Assembly (NCBI RefSeq): GCF_000743755.1
Contig: NW_014569503.1
Span: forward strand, 1 to 64,000
Reading direction: 5' to 3'
DNA from: Blastocystis sp. subtype 4
Lineage: Eukaryota
DNA: 64,000 nt
The notes under the pieces are model-generated. The model was not told the origin of the DNA and did not search any database. It saw nothing but the letters and a program-made list of their open reading frames with translations. Position 1 is the stretch's first letter, and each line of letters begins with the position of its first letter. Of this stretch, positions 57,001-64,000 are shown in pieces. The translations under genes were made by a program, and so were the position numbers.

Positions 57001-60000
57001 TCAAAGAAGACAAATGCTTCAGAACAGCGTGTTGCTGATGATGGCTCATTCTATGCAATTGGATGTGTTTTGTTGAACTTCTTCCGGCGTTTCCAAGGAG
57101 ATATTTCTGATCTGTGGCATCTCAATGACAAAGAGGATGTCACCACACTGAAGATTCTTCGAGTTATGATGGAATCTCGAGACGCATCTGAAGAAACCCG
57201 AGCTCTGTATATTCTTGTTGGTGCTACTGTACTCCGTTGTCCTCAGTTACGAACAGAGTTCCTCGCTCGAGTGGATTTGAGTCGAATGATTCAGCAAATG
57301 AATCTTCGATCTCCTTTCTTAATGGAGAGTACATCATATCTCTTGGGGTACGAATAGAATGAAAGAGTGATTTATAGACTGTTAGCTCAAGAAGAGGAGT
57401 ATCGTAAGATATTCATTACCAAACTCAGTGATTTCCCTGCTTTGTTATGTGAGCTCCATTCCTATCCAGAACATACCATGTCAGCAATGCTCTTTGCTCT
57501 TCAGAGTTTTGTATTGAGTGATCTTGGTAAGAACACACTTGTTCAGAATACACAAGGCATTCTTCAATCTCTTGTTCAGCTATCTCAAGGTCGAGTAAGT
57601 CTGTCAATGGATTCTGATTGAGCAGAGTATCTACAGTCCCAACGAAGGAGTTGGAAGTTCCATTATCAAACGGGCTAGAACTCTTCTTTCGTATCTCTTT
57701 GTAGTAACAGAGACATCCAGTCAATCAACTCTTCAAGACTTCAGTAATGATGTTCTTTTCCTCCTTCTTTCTGTTGATATTCCTCTTGTTATTGTGTGTG
57801 TCTTAAAGGTACGTTCTCATTCTATTGCTGAAGGGTAGTTACTTGCTGATCGACTAAGTGTTGGTGCTCCTCCAGCACGTGATTTTATCTATCTACCAAT
57901 CAAAACCGATCGAATTGAATGTCGTAGTAGCAGTCGACGAAGTAATTGGACCTTATACAGTATGGTGTTGGATCGAAACCGACTTCTTCTGTATCGAGTA
58001 GAATCGAATTTGTGTTATTATTCCTAGACCACGAGCTATCTGTGTAACAAAACTGTATCATTGGAGGATGTCGAGTTAGACCAGAATCCTGATGAAGCTC
58101 GAACAAATGGAATTCGTGTAAGTTCTCGATATGAGAGTGAGACATATCGTCTATTCAGGTTTTCGAATGATCGTGATTACTATGAATGGGAACGAGTTAG
58201 AATCATCATGACTGTTCACTCATAGTATTTCTCTTCTGTTATTAACCATCGACTTCCAATTTTATCCTCTGAAGATACTGTGAAGAACATTGATCGTTGT
58301 GACTCAGCTGGACCTGTCATGCCTGACTATACGTCTATCTTCTCTGTTACAGATCAAGAGAGTCCCAAACATTGGGGTCAACCAGACTTTATGTTAGCAG
58401 CAGCTTTGACAGATGAGAATGCGTTACAAATCATTGGATTCCTTCGATCTCCCTCTCTATTGACAAGAGTTCATGCAGCCCGAGCTCTCTCTCATATTTT
58501 TACTTCAGCTGCACACACACTCTCTGTTGGAATCTTCCAACGTTTTATTGAAGCATTCCATCATCTCACAGATCAGCTCGTTGATGAAGTACAACCAGAA
58601 GAACACCTCTTTCGACAAGTCTTCTACTCTCTTCATTCAGGTCATTGGATTTGCCCAATATGTCTTTGTGATTCACTTCAATTCGAACAAGTATGTTATT
58701 GCTGTGGTGCAAGTCGAATTGATCGATTGAACAACAGTTCTTCAGGAACCACATATACCCATGAACGCTTGCTTTGGGGTTACACACGTTACATGTACGA
58801 ATGTCTCCTTGTCTGTAGTAGCAATCCTTTCCTTGCTCAAACCATCACTGTTGCTGATCTTCGTTCCATGGTTCGTTTCATGACTCAGGCTGATGCTACG
58901 GGAGTGATCATCTGTTGTAAACTCCTCTGTAATATCCTCATTCATACCAAAGCCAAGAAAGATGAGGAAATTATGGAATTCCTAAAAGAGGAAGTATTAT
59001 ATCATTCCATTCAATCCATCCTTCAAACTCTTCCATCTTCTCACTCCAGTATGTTTACACTCTTCCATTTGACAAATCTTATAATTCTTCTCTGTGATTA
59101 TGATGACGAGATTCGAACCGTTTTCACGACAAATAATGGAATTGAAATTCTTCTCAGTATTTACAATTTCTCCCTCCCACCTGGTCAACATGCGAATTTG
59201 ATTGGTTTCGTCGGCGAAGAAATCCGAGCATTGTGGGGTGGTCAAGGTCGTTCTGCTCTTGCTCGATGTAACATCCATCAGCTAATGAGCCTTCTACTGT
59301 GGGCAGTTGACAACGAACGATCGGAGAGTGTGAAGGGGAGTGTTGGCGACAACGCTATGTCGTATCTCTTGCGTTATGCATATGGAGATGACAAACAGAA
59401 GCAGATCTCCAATGAGCAAGAAGTGTTACTCAAGTTCGGAGTTCCACGGTTATTGGTGCTGGCCAATGTCATAATCTCGTATGGAAAGTTCCGAGAATTT
59501 TCTGCGAGATCTGAACGGTTGTATTTCAGTGAGTGCGTGTTGCAGATTGTGTTGAGTCTTTCAGAGTCACTGAATCGATGCAGAGTAAGGGATTATAACT
59601 CCTGTGAGTTGTAGACAATCCATTTGAGTCGTCACCTCCTTCAGAATGGGATTACTTCGATTTTGCTAAGTATCGCTCGATCCCCGTGGATCCCGTATTC
59701 AACACGAGATCTTAGTATCCAATGTCTTCTTTCACTTCTCCAATCCAATGCTCCAGCCACAGTATGATTCGTACTCAATCTTACCTCTAGAATGCGATGC
59801 TTAGTGATGATCGTATGGCTGTAAGCAAGATTCTCACATATGTTCATGATCGAGTCCCTGCTACCGACTTCAACTCATCCATTAACAGTGCAGATGTCAC
59901 TCCTCTGAATACTGTGTTCCGTCTCCTTTGTACTCTAGCTCATGTGGGTGCTGGCGCTCTTCAAATTGTAAAAGGAAATGTGTTCTTTCCTATCCTTCTG

Positions 60001-61308
60001 GCAATGAGTAGTCATGATGATGCTGTAAGCATATGGAATGTCCCTTAGCAATAGCTACGCCTAACAGCGGCTGAACTTCTCTGGACACTCCTTGACAAAA
60101 AATGTGCCTTTTTAGGTAGTCCATTAGGACAGAATTTGTCGGTGAATTCGTTGATTGATCGCTTATCTAAGACTCTTCGGGATACTGTGGAGAAAGGCCG
60201 TCAAGATGCATCCACACAGAAGTTGCTTCTCTATCTTGTGAACTGTATAACCGTGATTGCATTCAGTGGTCCACGTCGTCTTCGGATTGACGAGAATACG
60301 CTGCAGTGCATGCTTCGCATGATCTCCTTCTTTAATATCAATCGAAGTGGACTCACACCTCCATACTCTCCTACAGACTGTCTTCATATTCTCCTCAGCC
60401 GGAGTCGGTAAGGTTCGATGGATTTTGTGATGTGTAGAGATGGCTGGAGCCTCCTTAATCGCCTATCTCCTCGACTATTGGTTGGTATCTTGGCCCTTCC
60501 AGATATCTACTTGCAGTGGTTAGCAGCAACGGAACTGGAGTCGCGTCTCCAGCGTGTATTGACTTGTGAAATGGCAGAGCTACCAACTGAGTTTGAGAAT
60601 ACTGAAGTGTCCGTTCAATTTGCTAATGTGACTGTGAATGCCCGTGTGTTTCTGAGCAAGTGGAATCTCTGGATGTACCATGTGGAAGACTCTCGGATGA
60701 TCTGTCGACGTGTGTTTCTCCCAGGACTTCATATCATTAAAGGTCAGTCTACACGACTAGTATTGAGTGCAGGAGATGCCCAACCACTTATCCTGGAGTT
60801 ATCTGACGAGACTCTCACGAATAAGTGGTGTTCTCAACTCCAGTCCTTTGAACTTCAGCATGGAGATTCCTGGCAATTCATGCTTCGTACACTCAACCCC
60901 AATGATCAGGGTAGTCTTTCACATATCACATTACGCACCACACCCACCTCCTCACAGTCAGTGATTCTTCATTCTTCTGTCCCTATTATGACTGCCCAGA
61001 TGCTGAATGAGGCTCTGGCTCAGAATCATTATAGTTTGGACACATTGAAATCGAGTCTTAATAGGCAAGTGGCTGCATATGCCACACGATTACAAACCAT
61101 GATACAAATTATGACCGAAACTGGAACTCATGCTGCAGAGGTACAATCACTTCTTCGGGAATTGGAGAAATCGGAGGAAATCCTGTTTGAGCGAGAGTAT
61201 GGTTTGAGGGTAGGACTGATGAATAGAATGAATTGGAGTATTGAAATGCCGATGGCTCCTGCTAGTATTCCAATGTGTAAATCTGAAGTGAAATCGGATG
61301 AAAAGTAG
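54083..61308 (+). CDS. Large ARM/HEAT-like helical protein with RanBP2-type zinc finger and possible C-terminal PH-like domain
   Basis: Chain of Leu-rich exons separated by short introns; RVHAARALSHI and NNGIEILL ARM-like motifs; WICPIC..VCYCCG; LELSDETLTNKWCSQLQ; being a single gene is inferred. Confidence 0.55.
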
Positions 61309-61376
61309 TATCTATTTGATTGTTTATATTGTGTTTCTTTTTACGAATTTGTTTTTATTTCATCTATTAAATTTGT

Positions 61377-61604
61377 ATGGAACCTCTTAAACCGTCAGTG
61401 ATTTCTATCACTCCTGATGATGTGAAAGTTGAAAATGAATTTAAAATTAAGATATAGATGGTTAGTGAAATGCAATCGAGGATGGTAGCAAAGACAGAAG
61501 GCCAAACGAGAGAAATGACAGCTGGAGAACGACGAGATCGGCTCATTGGTATTAAATCAACTGTTAATCGGTTATATTCATCGTTTCTTCAACAAACAAG
61601 ATAG
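61377..61604 (+). CDS. Candidate 65-aa micro-protein with one 30-nt intron
   Basis: ATG at 61377, GT..TAG intron 61428-61457 in phase 0, open to TAG at 61602-61604. Confidence 0.4.
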
Positions 61605-62877
61605 AATCTACCTAATACGCTTTGCGAGAAAAGGAGGAAAATAACTCATTTCCTCGAAGAAGGCTATTACAGTCCCTACAGACAGTAGCCGAAGGTGGAT
61701 TAAAATAACCACCTATTGTTAATTGCCTTTCTATTCTCCTACACTTCTTACACCTTACTCCAGTTTCTGAATCAATATGTCCAGAAGATAAACCTGGAGT
61801 TCCTCGAATGTCCATGGTCTTCTTCAGAAGTGTTTCAATTTCAGCATCATCTAGTTCATACCTACAGTTAATGAATCGAACCAACCAAACATTGCACGCA
61901 AGGACACACTCCTCCTACAGATAAGATCGGTTCTCATTCCCTACCTCCAAAGGATAAATGCTGTCAACATAATCAATATAATAAGAAGTGTCAGGATGAT
62001 CACAATCCAGTGAATCCATGCATAGTTAGTTTGCTCAATACGAATAGCATTCGATTTGAAAAAGACTAAACATCAACTACAACTCTAAGATTCACTTTTG
62101 CCATCTGCATGCTGAATAATACATTGAACTCTATATAATGTTTCTGGCTTCTTGACTGGAAATGAACAGTATGTCGAGGTTGCATTAAAATCCTTTGAAT
62201 TCACTTCAATCCCCTTACTATCGAAAAGACTGCAGTGAAATGGAATATCGAGATTGCTGTCAACACGGAAGTACACTTCATCAGAACGAACATATCCAGA
62301 ATGAAGAACAAATCGACCAGTTTTGGTAATAACTACTTGTTTCATTACAATTGGTTTTTCATCTTTCTTTAAGAGGTCATGACCAGTACACATAATTTCA
62401 TAGGTTGTTGAAGGATCCAGATCTGATAGTGAGTAGGTCTTCCGTCCTATTCGTGACTCCAATGATTAAAATATCACTTCGAATCCTGATACCCTCTATT
62501 CGGCGTTGTAAGTCTATCACATCAATGTCTTCACCAACTTTCCAGGCACCACACCACACTATTGAAGGAGATGAAACGGTAATATCTAAACTAATATGGG
62601 TTGGTTCAATCTGGAGAACATTAAACAACAGTTGTAAACGATGTTTGGAATTATCATTAACATAATCAGGCGACTTTCTTCTATCAGTAGTCAAGCCTGT
62701 TCTCTGTAAGTCAGTTCATCACCGAACACCTACACTATCAAAATCACTTCTTGATGATCCTGAGTACCTCTCATGTTTAGTTGCTATGCTTTGTGTCCTT
62801 CCTAGTTGAAATAGACAGACTATGTAAGAACTAAGCCATTTTCGCTTACATAGCGCGAAACATAGAAGCAATCTCAT
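61603..62877 (-). CDS. Type I membrane protein: signal peptide, FN3-like beta-sandwich ectodomain, TM helix, cytosolic zinc ribbon
   Basis: MRLLLCFALFCLFQLG; VWCGAW...LSDLDPSTTYEIMC; WIVIILTLLIILIMLTAFILW; CKKCGYFNPPSATVCRDC; 3' end ambiguous. Confidence 0.65.
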
Positions 62878-63011
62878 ATCTGAGTTATTCGGATAGAGTT
62901 TGATGCTGTGATTACGGTGACAAAAAGAGGAACAAATTCTGTTCTCCTAAAAAAGTCTCGATTTGTAAACACGAGTTTCTTATCTCTTTGCAACAAAGAA
63001 CAATGAGTCAA

Positions 63012-63994
63012 CTAAATGAACATATGTTGCACATCACTCTCCATGCGTGGAACATACAACCAGTTAATATTCTTTCCAATATGATCATACAACAGAGCCA
63101 GAGAATTACGACAATCAATTAAATTCATTCGAAACTGCATAATATACCATTCATCATAACTAGCAAGCATGTATTGTAAGTCTTCCACATCAGGAAAGCG
63201 AATCAACTATTTCATAAAACTTCATGAATTATTACATTTCCGAGCAAAACACCTCGATTCAAGAGATAATTGGAAATGAAGGAGACGACATTGGAAATCG
63301 CACCTTCCATGCTATTCAGATTAGCGATATATTCCTCCTGAACAGAAACACCGAAATTATTTCCATCTTCGATACGAGGAACATTGAGAGAGATCCATAA
63401 CTTGATTGCGACGACCATCCGACTCACCTTTGTCATTTCGTCGTTTACAAAACGTAATAACTCAGCAAGCTTCTGTGTATCAATCCATCTATGCAAACCT
63501 ACCGAATTGGGAGGAATCGAACAATCTGCTGGAAGTGTGAAACTTTCATCTCTTACCGGTTCCTTGATGTCTAATACAGATGAATTCCGCTTTTGGGATC
63601 TTCGCTTCTTCTGTTGTTTCACCCATGAATCATAGCTGCCACGAGTACTTTTCACAAATTCGTTTTTCAGGTCATTACAATGCACAAGGCGGTCTGTAAA
63701 CTCATGGATGTTTCCATACAACTCCTTTGCTAATTCTTGTGATGACATTGAAAACAAACTCTCATTCTACTGATTATCCATCCATCCATTATCCACTTTA
63801 ATACGTTCTGTCAATAACAAGACTTCTACAGGCAGTTCCTTGAAGAACACATCTTCTCCTTGCTGAATTAGTTTTTCATTTAAATCAGTAATCCTTGCTT
63901 TCGTTTCCTCCGAGGTTTGAAGAACTCTGGAATCCTTATGGTCTTCAAGAGAAGAAGACATAGTTCTGTCTTCATCTCCTAGAGGAAGAGCCAT
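63012..63994 (-). CDS. PSME3: Proteasome activator PA28/REG (11S) subunit
   Basis: IKLWISLNVPRIEDGNNFGVSVQEE activation-loop signature; RFPDVED; LYDHIGKNI...PR. Confidence 0.92.
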
Positions 63995-64000
63995 ACTAGT

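Noticed and set aside
1..64000. CRISPR arrays, transposons, prophage or prokaryotic defence systems
   Set aside because: No repeat-spacer arrays, terminal repeats, or transposase/RT/integrase motifs seen; the sequence is intron-rich eukaryotic DNA

Overview
Very compact eukaryotic nuclear DNA, about 40% GC by eye, most likely Blastocystis (anaerobic stramenopile; subtype not determinable). Three signatures support this: abundant ~28-35-nt GT-AG introns, intergenic spacers of tens of bp, and a TGTTTGTT-type element right after almost every gene. I reconstruct about 40 protein genes and 2 tRNAs. They include housekeeping genes (ribosomal P-protein, RPL22, RPS10, SmB, SmE, Trm112, WDR6, NDPK, Cks1, CK2a, PA28), mitochondrion-related organelle (MRO) proteins (NDUFA5, gamma-CA, Tim9, Tom40), trafficking factors (Vps18, IST1-like, BRO1, Sec1) and transporters. 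Main points: (1) at least five genes appear to lack a usable genomic stop and would get UAA only by polyadenylation exactly 5 nt upstream of the motif, a mechanism already known in Blastocystis; (2) three U12-type minor introns: an AT-AC in SmE and a homologous AT-AC / AT-AG pair in two tandem amino-acid transporter paralogues; (3) unusual architectures: PH-Sec1, TPR-DNAJC8-like, BTB-LRR; (4) bacterial-type RecX and an apparently MRO-targeted TauE sulfite exporter; (5) a recurrent CGGGAA(T) promoter-proximal element and a spliced micro-ORF missing from the ORF track. CDS spans are start-to-stop including introns. Exon structures were worked out by hand and family calls are from motif recognition, not database searches.
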